A stretch of DNA of 64,000 bases, from the NCBI GenBank assembly GCA_022813865.1, contig JALDZX010000006.1, positions 620,001 through 684,000 on the forward strand. The letters are read 5' to 3'. Shown piece after piece: positions 11,501 to 21,901 of the stretch. The notes beneath the pieces are model-generated. The model searched no databases and was not told where the DNA came from. It was given only the letters and a program-made list of their open reading frames with translations. Within the stretch, counting starts at the first letter, position 1. Each line of letters begins with the position of its first letter. The translations under genes were made by a program, and so were the position numbers. The stretch comes from Xylographa opegraphella. Lineage: Eukaryota.

Positions 11501-12771
11501 TGTTCTGGCTCGCTTCCGGTGATGTGAAAACTTATCAGATAATTGTCAATGGCGATAATACAGCATCTGGTAAAGCGGTCGAGGAAGAGGTCGACGAGGT
11601 GCTCAAAGAGGAAGAATGGTGGCAGGACATCCAGAAGCTCCGTGGGAGGCGTGGGAAGCTCACTCCCACTGAGGAACTCAACAATGTCCAGGGCTTGTTG
11701 AACGTTGCTCCAACTTGGCCTAGTTCCTCATTTCAGTCAGGCCGTCAGGACTCCAAAATGAAGCGGTTCGAGGGTTTGAAAAGATACTTACGAAAAGCAA
11801 AAAGACGAGCGTCATCCAGTGATTTAGGAAGTTTGGGAGTGAGGCTTGGTATGCGAACTCATAGGCTCCAAGACGATCTTGTCCATCGTCACGGAAGTCT
11901 TGCAAGTGGCAGCGAAAGTTGTGAAAGTGAAGAGGAAGACAAGACCAGCGTCTTTGGTGGTGGCGACGATGAGAACGCTTCCAGCCATGGTCGATCTAGC
12001 GCCGCGAGTCTAAACGAGATCAATGATCTGAGGCTCGCCGAAGAAGACACTATCTCGAGTACGAAGAGACCTCACAGTGATTACAGAAGACGAAGCGACG
12101 GTGATCCGTCCGTCCATCCCTCGCAAACAAAATCCACCGCCGGTGAAGTCATTCCTAGGGACTCGGCTTCAAAATTGGTGCATTCACAGAAGGACAAAAC
12201 CACTTCTGCACAGCCGCCGCAGGAACCAACCGCTAATTCCACGATCTCTGCCCTTCACTCACTAGCCCAACCGGAAAGCAGCAACAATCCCCCAACACGG
12301 CCTCATCCCTACCGCCTCCCCTCAACCTCCAGATTCTCCTCTACGCCCATGCCGCCCACCCGTATTGCCAGCGAAGACGGCCCCGGGCCTTCTATTATGT
12401 TCAGTGACTCCCCACTTGCTGCCCACCCACGGCCATACCCTTCAATCTACAACCGGCAGTCCTCCGAAACCAATACAGTACCCTCGACGACGACGACGAC
12501 ACACAAATCATTTCCCGCACCCGCCTCGCTTCCCCTTTCCTTTAACGACCTTCCTTGCCGTGCCCAGCACCTCATCCTCAACGAGTTGCTCCGTGCACAG
12601 TCTACGGACACGGCGGTGTTGTTTACGACGCTGCCCAGCCCCGTCGAGGGTACCGGCCGCAGTGAGGAGGAGAGTCTACGCTATCTGATGGATCTTGAAG
12701 TGCTGTGCAACGGGCTGCCGCCGGTGCTATTGGTGCATAGCAATAGTATGACGGTGACGATGAGTTTATGA
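8503..12771 (+). CDS. vhc1: Cation-chloride cotransporter (SLC12 family, Vhc1-like)
   Basis: [79 protein letters not shown]; introns 9873..10050 and ~10248..10315. Confidence 0.92.
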
Positions 12772-12919
12772 AAGAGGGAAGGTGCGAGAGCACGGCTGGG
12801 ATGCGAGGAAGGTACTACTTCGGATTGATTCTCAATTGCTTCTCAATCTGACAGTGTTTGTCCATATATAGCATATGAAGTGCATATTTGAATAGGAGTG
12901 CGACTATTGTTTACTGTAT

Positions 12920-14669
12920 CTATATCTTCCAGTTTTCAGGAACAGACAGTTTCTCCCAATTCAGCTTGCCCTCCCGGTTAGTATCGTTTTTCACTTCTAA
13001 CATCGCGTAAAGGGCTTTCCAAGCACAGAAACCCCCCGGGTCTGCCACCACTTTCACGTCCTTGAACCTCCCTCTCCTGGCAACCGGTTCCTCCGAATCG
13101 TTTCGAGAATCTGCTTCAATGTAATCATCGTAGATCCACGTTCTCCGCTTAACTTCTTCTCCTGGCCGATCGAGGCGACGGGGATTGTTAGTGGGAGATG
13201 TAACTTTACTGACCATATACTGTAACATAGCAAAGCTGCGCTCGTATCGCGCGATGAAAGATAGCCAGGAGAACCCGGCCGGTTCATAGGTGACTCGGAC
13301 AAATGGATTAATGTATATGCCAGTATCGTGCGCTTCATGCTCAAGGGGAGAACGAGCAATCAAGTCCGCATGAACAAGGCAGCACTCGGACGATTCGATA
13401 TATAGCTCTGATTCGTAGCGAAACCGTATGATGTCTTCGCCTGTCTCTGTGGCTTGGTTGCTGATTTTTGCCGCCGAGGCCTGAAACGGCGCCGCGTCAA
13501 AAGCAACGATGCCGCTCCAACAACTGCGAACCCTGACGGCGTCCTTCCCGTCTAATACATCCTGCCGACTTCCTGCGTTACCGATGGGCGCAAACCAAGG
13601 GTATAATCCGTACCCAAGTCCGAAACCTTCAAGATCACGGATCACGAAAGTGTCATAAACGAAAAAGGTGTGCCAAAAATCAATACCACAAACGGCACGG
13701 TAGGACGGACGACCGGTAGAGATATCAAGGTTCGAGGAGAAAAGCAGGTGCAGCGCAGAGAGTGGGGTAAAATATACATCGTTTATAAAAAGGATGCGGT
13801 CGTAGGTATCAGGTGTTGCCTGAAAGCCAGTCTTTATATCCGAGTCGGACGGCCTGAATTGAACATCGAGAGGACGAAGAGCACGATTCCGCAGTTCAGC
13901 GAGGTATGCAATGCGTTTCACTCGCCTCTCACCGGAAGGCAGAGTCACTGTGGGGAACACCTCCAGGGGCAGTGGTCGCCAGTCACTATAGAAGAGTTAC
14001 CTAGCAGCGGTTAGAAACTTATGATACCAGTCGCCCCAAAATTCATTTGATGAACGCAGAAATATAGGACCTACATCCAACATTGCTCCTCAGCTCTTTC
14101 AAGGCACCAACGGTCCCTTGCCCACTGTCATTCTCGTACACGCTTAAGAACACGTTTTCTTCTCCAAGCAGAGTCACCAACTCCAACATAGCATTGCCCC
14201 AAGCTCCTCGGATCAAGTGTTCCTTTACCATATTTGTTGCGATGAAGACCTTTTCATTGTTCGGGTTCCCTCGCCCCGGGTGTGATGAGCTAGCTACGGC
14301 ATCCCTTAATATGCGGTAATGAGCCGGAGGCGCTTGATAAGAGGGATAGACGACGGCTCTGAGTAAAGAAAAGACGACTAGGGCTCCAAGCAGGGACGTT
14401 ACGGTTTTGGTAGCGGACAGCAGATGAACCAAGCCTGAGTTTCGACGTCTTCCAGATGTTGGGTATCCATTCGAAGCATAGAGACGTCTCAAGAGCCTTC
14501 GATGGCGAAATACTCCGAGTGTCCATCGGGAGAACAAGCGACTTGCACGAGCGACCAGAGCCGACAGAGCTTCTATGGCAGGTTCTGTCTTCGCGCTGCT
14601 GCGCGACACATCCAAGTCAGAGAACGACCGATCAAGAAGCTCATAAGTTTCTCGGTCATCGCGAAGCAT
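12920..14669 (-). pseudogene. Glycosyltransferase family 69 (CAP59-like mannosyltransferase), apparent 1-nt frameshift near 13971
   Basis: Motifs NVFLSVYENDS, RIAYLAELRNRALRPL, ILFINDVYF, VRVRSCWSGIVAFDA, SECCLVHADL. After intron 14074..14001 the frame reads CNSSIVTGDH and then hits TGA at 13947..13945; the conserved continuation LPLEVFPTVTLPSGE is in another frame. Could be an assembly error. Confidence 0.7.
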
Positions 14670-16406
14670 TTCCGTTCATCAATTTCACTTTCCAATCCGG
14701 ACGTCTCGTACCACAGATGACGTATAGAAGGAAGTCCCATTGTTCAAATTTGGTGGCCTCGAGCATAGGATTGTGTCAATAAGCGTACCTCGTAGGTAAG
14801 GAGGTAAGGTATCTACCTTAGCTATCTACCTAGTCCTAAGGTAGACTAGGTGCTATATACCTTATCAAAATCATCAATGTAAGGTATCGTACGTTGTGAC
14901 CAAGCTCTTTCGGGCTTAATGCTCTCTGACTCGGTCTTTCTGTGCCAGTTAGGGAGACGACATTCAAGATGCGGTGAGTACAATAACGGAAAAGTCTGGA
15001 TTCAGCTTATAGTATGTAGACCCTCTGACCGTACGGGTAAAAACACTGCAGTATGAACTTGCCGAACGAAACAATGGAAATTATACTGAGGTACTGAGGC
15101 AATAATAATACCGCTGAATGCAAGCGGCTTCACCTGGTATACAACCCAATTTTCAGAATGTTCGACAGCTTCAACCCACTTAGACGTCTATTTGTCGCAG
15201 CTCACCTTGACAGGACGAATAATTTCTACGGTTCCAGTCGACTGTGTACCCATCGATCTTCCCCGAAGTGATGTCATAACACCGTTGAGGCACAGTAGGT
15301 ACGTACTCATAGAAATGAATTCATGGGGGCTTCATACAGACGGTTTGTGGTCGTGATCATAAGCATTGTATTGCGCATATTCTAAAAAGGTCTGCATTCG
15401 GTCACCTGCAAGGCCTCAAACTGGCGAACCGGGCTCCGATCGGCTTTGACCCCATAACTATCCAGAGTCACGTCACTGAACACGCATGACCGCAGTCAAG
15501 TCTAGGATCAGGGACCACCAGGTCCGGAAGTTAGATGTAGTAGCTATGGGGACTACGTTAACACTACCAGTGCAAGAAACTATGAAGAACCGTAGAAGTG
15601 ATTGACCGAGGTTTGGAATTCTATAGTCACTCCAGTGACTGACGACACTTGCCCAATACGCCTTGTTGGTATTGAAATCCGGAGAGCAATCGAAATTTTG
15701 CACTCGATATCGAGAATGTAGCTCGCTATGACTGGGATAAGGGTAAATGGAAATTCGACATATGCTCGGACCAAAGAAGCCCTTATGGTCATAGGTTCTC
15801 AGAGTCGCTACTCAATCGGTTTAGCAAACACCCGAAGAGCTGGCCTGCCGCCTGCAAGGGAACAGAACACTAACGAGCCTCGTACTCGTGACCCAGGGGA
15901 GACAATTCAAGATGGACATTAAAACACCTATATACAATAATCGATGGGCTGTTCCGGAACCAGCTGAACATCAACAACACTTAGGCATGGGTATAGTAAT
16001 AAACGAGAGAGGCGCGTATTGGTGAGAATAACAAACGAAAAAAACAGCGTGGTAATGATGTATGTAACTGCTGGGAATAATTTGACCCAGTGTTAGTAAA
16101 GTAGTCTAATCGTGAAATACCGCCACTCTAAACGCGCCAAACACCCATTGTGTGATGACGGAGCTGCGAACATTTCCCGTGAATAATTTGAAACAAACAT
16201 GCTGTACACTATTGCAGGCACCGACAACATTACATCTGAAATGTCTCACAATAAGCCCAGGCTCCAGAACTCGGTATATAAATATTATAAAAACTCCAAC
16301 GCTCGATTCCTATGACCTGCTTTCCCAGAAAACCATGGTATGGCGGATTATTCGGTATCAAAGTATCGAAATCAATGACGACTATGGACTTCCACAACCG
16401 CTATGC

Positions 16407-17471
16407 TCAGTCCAGAAAATGCCGTACCATCATGTTGAACCTCGTATCGTGCATTCTGATCAATTCTGGGGTAAGGTCTTTAAGGTATGGATCCCATGCC
16501 AACTGGCTCCATGCGTGATACGCCAGCTGATTTTTGAAGAGAGCGCCTGAATTTGCAAGCAAGTCTTCTTTTGTTCCTGAGACTTCGGCTGGGCTGAGTG
16601 AACGATGCATGTACTTGAGGTGCTTATAAGACCAGGTTGGCCAGAAGAAAGCGACGGGCGACAAAGTACAGATCTCTTCGGGGTAGCTCAATGCCAAACT
16701 TTTCGGAAGGGTGACAGAATGGTAATTCCACTCCTGCGTGCTGAAATTGTCATAAGTGCCAATCCAACGGTCAACAAAAGTCGATCCCCTCCTTGACACA
16801 ATTACAGCATTGGCCAGTCCCGCTCTATTTCCACCCTCGTGTCCCATTATGATATCTTTCTGACAGCTAAGAATAGTGTCAAGCGACTGTATTGCAAAAA
16901 CGTCAAGATCCATGTAAATCCCGCCTTCTTCGCTCAGGATCTGGAGTCTCAGCAGGTCTGCTCGATGAGCGGCTTGCCACCCCCAAGTCTTCCCCAAAAC
17001 TCCACGATCTGGATCATGATAGACAAGTGTGACATTGTCCTTCAGTTTGAGAAACCATTCACTACTTTGGTCGAGTGATGCGTAATGTAATTTGACCTGT
17101 GTGGGTCTCAACACCATCAACGCTGACTTGATGGAGAGGTATTCAATCAATCCAAAGTGCGAATGAGAGCCTTTCCCATGTTTCAATCCCCAAATGAAGT
17201 GTACAACGCTGGGAATGGGCTCAGCTTCGGCACGGTTGCCAGTGCTTCCATCGAAACACTGCTGTTCCTCAAAAGTAGTGCGAAAGTCATAGGTTTCGAC
17301 TATGTGCTCATAGAGAAACGGGTTGAGGTGATACACGTTATCACCGCCAATCCGAACTCTTATGGCCAGTGTTCGATACCAAGCCAGCAATCCAAGGGAT
17401 AAGAAGACAGCTATAAGCGTAAATGAGGAATGGCGTAACGTAAGGCGCAGTGCAGCGTTCAACATCCGCAT
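16407..17471 (-). CDS. Glycosyltransferase family 32 (DXD sugar-binding), type II membrane protein, intronless
   Basis: N-terminal TM segment, PIPSVVHFIW, HRADLLRLQIL, GGIYMDLDV (DXD), LANAVIVS. Confidence 0.85.
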   Translation of the reverse strand: MRMLNAALRLTLRHSSFTLIAVFLSLGLLAWYRTLAIRVRIGGDNVYHLNPFLYEHIVETYDFRTTFEEQQCFDGSTGNRAEAEPIPSVVHFIWGLKHGKGSHSHFGLIEYLSIKSALMVLRPTQVKLHYASLDQSSEWFLKLKDNVTLVYHDPDRGVLGKTWGWQAAHRADLLRLQILSEEGGIYMDLDVFAIQSLDTILSCQKDIIMGHEGGNRAGLANAVIVSRRGSTFVDRWIGTYDNFSTQEWNYHSVTLPKSLALSYPEEICTLSPVAFFWPTWSYKHLKYMHRSLSPAEVSGTKEDLLANSGALFKNQLAYHAWSQLAWDPYLKDLTPELIRMHDTRFNMMVRHFLD

Positions 17472-18938
17472 CTGTACAAGTCATAAGTGGTATTTGGCAT
17501 GATGAAAAACGGTATTTATGACGGATGCGAGTTAAGGAGGGAGCCACAGCTCGTTCCTACCATGTGATGTGCCACGCTAAAGCGAGGCTTCTACCTGCAC
17601 CAGACATCTTTGCACAGAAGACTCTCCTCTGGAGTGGTTGTGGACCTTACCTGCGGTCACAGAGCGAATTGCACCAAGAATTCCTGGGCATGCAAAACTG
17701 AAAAGCGCAAATACAGATTTTCTGTGGAATACCATTCTTCCTGCGGGACCCTTGCTTTTAATTGTACCACCCGCTAGTGAACCCAAGGCTTGGCGCTGGC
17801 TATCAATTCTACGGAACTCGACAGTAGTACAGTAATAACGTCCTCACCATCAGACTACGTCTTGGATTGGCAGTCGAACGGCCCATGTGCTAACAAGTCC
17901 TATATGGTTTCAATTAATCATCGCAGCTCCATGGAGTCTCCAGCCAGCTATTCCAGATCTTCCAATCGATGACCTGTAAATCAACCTCTACCAACTTCTT
18001 CGTGCTGCTTTGAACGGGCAGTATTGAGTTTCCACCAGAACTCTGCCGGCAATCCCTCTGAAACCACCGCTGCGTTCTTCAGCGGCATTCGTGAGGCAGC
18101 TGGAATGGCCATACCGATTGAACAATCCACGAAGGGGGTGTGGACGATGAGCGACGAGATGTTGGGTGGAAAATTTGGACTACCTGCACGTGCCGAACGA
18201 CTGCCATGAGAGAAATACAATATTACATTATAAGTACTGTGGGGAGCTCGTGTTGGTGGCATATTTTCGCTGATGTAACTCTACACTACATCTAATTCGG
18301 CTGGCTATGGTCAAGGAGAACTTGGGCACTGCCGTTAACGGCACATACTTATCTGACGAGATGAATAATATTGTCACGAAGATGGAAAGGAGACTTATAA
18401 AACCATTCAAGTAGAACGAACTGGGAATTGGACGGGTGGAGCTGCAGAAAGCGTATCCACAGGGATTCCATCCACTTGCGATATATACACTACAGCCTTA
18501 AGCGGCCAGCGGAATAAGAATGAGCTTTCAATATCTAGCTCTATATACAAATATCGAGCCATTGAACATGATGGGATCAGCTCAATCAACCAACGGAATA
18601 TCCAGATGCCTGGAGTCACATCTCTTCGTCATGAATATAAGTTCTGGCTGGAGACCGAGAACCGAAACTGCTATTCTCAAAAGTCACCCTCGCATCGTCA
18701 GAAACTACCTAGACCATGTGGGTGTAACCCAATAGCACTCCTGCTGAGTATTCAGGCCATGCTCCCGTGTGAATGGCTGAAAAACTCAATCGTGCTGTCA
18801 AATCCATGCAAAGGCCGGCGTCAGCTTCATGTTCTAGCTTTGGCATTGTGGCTAAGAGTGATCAAATTATCCATAGGTATTTCGAGTTAGTTATGTAGAC
18901 TTTTCAGGTATCCCTAGGTATCGAAACCCGATCGGGTT

Positions 18939-20108
18939 CTAAGTCGTCGGATCGACCTCAGCCAGATTCCAGATGAAGTCCCACTCTATCTTGGAGACCT
19001 TGGATACACTAAGACGCGATTGCCTGAGGGTTTGCATATCTGCAAGGACCCCACCAGCTTGGGCAAACTTTTGTAGGTCTTTAAGTTTGATAATTTTTGT
19101 GAATCTGTGCCGATACTCGACATGTACAACGAACCACTTCGGGTTGTCTCCGACGGACTTTGGGTCGAAATAGGGATGCTCGGCATCGAACGCCGATTCT
19201 GATGGCATGATGGTCAGCTGTATGGCTCGAAGAGAGCTACTCTGTTTACCGTCTACGGAATGCTCCTGCACAATTTCCATAACACCCACGATGCCTGGTA
19301 CTTTGCAATTGGAGTGATAAAAGAACGCTAAGTCGCCTTTCTTCATGGAGCGTATGTTGTTTCGTGCTGGACGGTCATTAACCACTGCTACGTGACCTAT
19401 ATCAGCACAACAAACCGGCAAGATTACGCACGCCTGTATCGAGGTTAGCATGAAGCACGAAGCGGGCAATCCGTTGTCCGTACCGTCCCAAGCCTCTGGC
19501 TCTGAACACACAGCCAAGTCATCAATTGAGAACTTCACGTCTATCCCTTTCTCAATCCTCGATTCAGGTTCAGCTTTCATAAGCCAGTACGAAAGTCCAT
19601 CCTCCGTCTCCTCCTCATCGAGCTTCTCCACGCCGTTCCCATTCTCAGCTGTTTCACTGGTTTTAGTGTCGCTCTGGTTGGTTGGAGGTATTATGATGGA
19701 GAAATTAGAACTTCGACGCGCACCTGCAGCATCCTTGGACTTTGTCCATTTCATCTTAGAACCAGGCCTGTTCAACGATTTGCTGGTCTTAGTAACCCTT
19801 GAAGATTTAGGGCCACTAGATACTTTCAGTGCTTTCAATGGGTCTAGAGTTTTGGGCCTTTTGGCACTTCTATCCATATGAGAAATATCTTGGCCAACAG
19901 CCGCCCTCTTCGGTCGGGATGCTGCTGCAGTAGTTGGGACATTCTTGCCATTTTTGGTTATCACTGGCGGAGTGATATGTTCGGTAGAAGTGCGTTTGAG
20001 CCGTGTTGCCGCAATGGGGACATTAGGATCTTTGCGAGCTTTCTTTACTTCTGGTTCTGGTAGTGTGCTCGGGCCAACCTGGCTAACACCGCGTTTCGGT
20101 CGTCCCAT
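18939..20108 (-). CDS. EVE-domain (Thy28/THYN1-like) protein with basic N-terminal region
   Basis: YWLMKAEPESR, FSIDDL, WDG|VRN..ARNNIRSMKKGDLAFFYHSNCK, PYFDPKS, RLSVSKVS..EWDFI; introns 19483..19434, 19415..19367 and 19249..19199; N-terminal GRPKR resembles an AT-hook core. Confidence 0.88.
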   Translation of the reverse strand: MGRPKRGVSQVGPSTLPEPEVKKARKDPNVPIAATRLKRTSTEHITPPVITKNGKNVPTTAAASRPKRAAVGQDISHMDRSAKRPKTLDPLKALKVSSGPKSSRVTKTSKSLNRPGSKMKWTKSKDAAGARRSSNFSIIIPPTNQSDTKTSETAENGNGVEKLDEEETEDGLSYWLMKAEPESRIEKGIDVKFSIDDLAVCSEPEAWDGTDNGLPASCFMLTSIQACVILPVCCADIGHVAVVNDRPARNNIRSMKKGDLAFFYHSNCKVPGIVGVMEIVQEHSVDGKQSSSLRAIQLTIMPSESAFDAEHPYFDPKSVGDNPKWFVVHVEYRHRFTKIIKLKDLQKFAQAGGVLADMQTLRQSRLSVSKVSKIEWDFIWNLAEVDPTT

Positions 20109-20160
20109 TTCGTCGCTATTGTTATCGGCTTGCGTGAAAGCAGCACAAACATTTGACAGA

Positions 20161-20220
20161 AAGGTAGATAGGTAAGGTACCGTAGCTGATACTAAAGTAC
20201 CTTAAGGTACCTTAACCTTA
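20161..20220. promoter_or_regulatory. TAAGGTA/TACCTTA motif cluster with palindrome GTACCTTAAGGTAC
   Basis: Several motif copies ~55-110 bp upstream of the EVE gene ATG in a divergent promoter; 14-bp palindrome at 20197..20210. Confidence 0.4.
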
Positions 20221-20871
20221 CAGTGGTCAGTACACTAGCTGCCTTAAGGCACTCTAGCTCCGGCCATATTCTACATGGTTTAGCCCCTGCATTTAAGGCT
20301 GTACAGCCCCGCCACTTTCAACGTTTAGCTTATCGCTGCTTAGCAATAACCTCGATAAGGGCTAACCCTACAAGCATTGTGCATCCGAGAAATCCGGTAC
20401 GATCTTTTTCCGTTTTTGTCGTCATAAGGGTAAACTTCGGAACAGCGACTCGCTGTTCATATTATTTCAGAGGATATAGTTTCTGAATATGAAAAGCCCA
20501 GATAACATAATAGTGATTACCTGCACGAATCAGAATTGAAGGTGCAACAGGAATTTGATTACGGAGAATAGGGGATGCTGGTAGCTACAAGGTGCGATCA
20601 GTCACTAACGACCTTCAATTAGTTGGCGGGACGCCCAGATCTTGTCTGACCGGATTTCGCTCCCGGCCCGTACTCCCAAGTACGACGGTCCGCAGCTGGG
20701 CGTTGCTATTGTCACAATGACCTCATCTGAAAGTCCATATGTCAATAAATCATTTCTTAGCCATTGACAAAGCTTACAAAAGATCTATTCTCATACCCAA
20801 CAACTCGATGTGCTGTCAACACCATTAGGAGCCGCACGTATACTCCTTCCCTCTGCAAAACAATCACAACC

Positions 20872-21814
20872 ATGACGGCTGCTATCCCAGACCACACCGG
20901 CCGCGACTTCACCCCTACTACCCACCACGATACCTATCCTTACATCTCACCCACCACCCTCTCTCTACATGACAAGCATGTTTTCATCACGGGTGCCAGC
21001 AAAGGTATTGGCCGCGCCACCGCCCTCTCTTATGCAGCTGCTGGCGCTTCCACGATCGCTCTTTCTGCACGCTCCTCGCTTTCCTCCCTCGAGACCGAAA
21101 TCATCTCGGCCGCCAAAGCCGCCGGGCACTCTTCACCTAAAGTCTTGACCTACGAGATGGACGTCACGTCTCGCGAGTCCATAGAGTCTGTGGCCGGACG
21201 AGTAGCGTGCGACTTCGACGGGCACCTTGACATCCTGATCAACAACGCAGGCTATCTTGAGATATTTACGCCGATCGCGGACAGCGACCCAGACGAGTGG
21301 TGGAAGACGTGGACGGTGAACATGCGCGGTCCGTATCTGGTAACGCGGGCATTCCTGCCGATACTCTTGAAGGGTGGCGACAAAACGATTGTGAATCTGA
21401 GCAGCGTTGGGGCGCATGGCAAGCGGCCGGGCGCAAGCGGGTATCAGACGACAAAGCTGGCGCTGTGTCGCTTTACGGAGTTCATCATGGCAGAATATGG
21501 CGCGGAGGGCGTGCTAGCTTTTGCGGTCCATCCCGGGGGCGTGATGACGGAGTTGGCGGCGAATATGCCGAAGCATACGCACGGGAGTGAGTTCTTTTTT
21601 TCTGGCTCTTGGAAAGGATGCGGTACTGATCGTGATGCCAGTGTTGATCGATACGCCAGAGATGGCAGGCGATACGATCACGTTTCTGACGGGAGAGAAG
21701 AGGACGTGGTTGGCTGGGAGGTATATTTCCTGCAATTGGGATATGGGAGAACTTCTTGAAATGGAGAAGGACATTGTTGACAGGGATCTACTGAAGTTTA
21801 GAATGGCAGTATAG
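20872..21814 (+). CDS. Short-chain dehydrogenase/reductase (classical SDR)
   Basis: TGASKGIG Rossmann motif, LDILINNAG, YQTTK catalytic YxxxK, AVHPGGVMT; one intron ~21586..21642. Confidence 0.9.
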
Positions 21815-21901
21815 ACCACGATACCAAAGACTTGACAACTCAATCCGATTTACATTCCAGACAGTCGTGCAAGCATATATGCTAAGCTAACTATATCTGT
21901 A

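Noticed and set aside
16146..16243. C/D snoRNA-like arrangement (GTGATGA...CTGA with CATT/AATG ends)
   Set aside because: Terminal stem is short and off-register, and I recognise no rRNA-complementary guide.
21812..21835. Stop-codon read-through to a cryptic peroxisomal signal in the oxidoreductases
   Set aside because: Checked the SDR and MDR read-through extensions and both 3-beta-HSD C-termini: no TGA-CTA context and no SKL-like ending.
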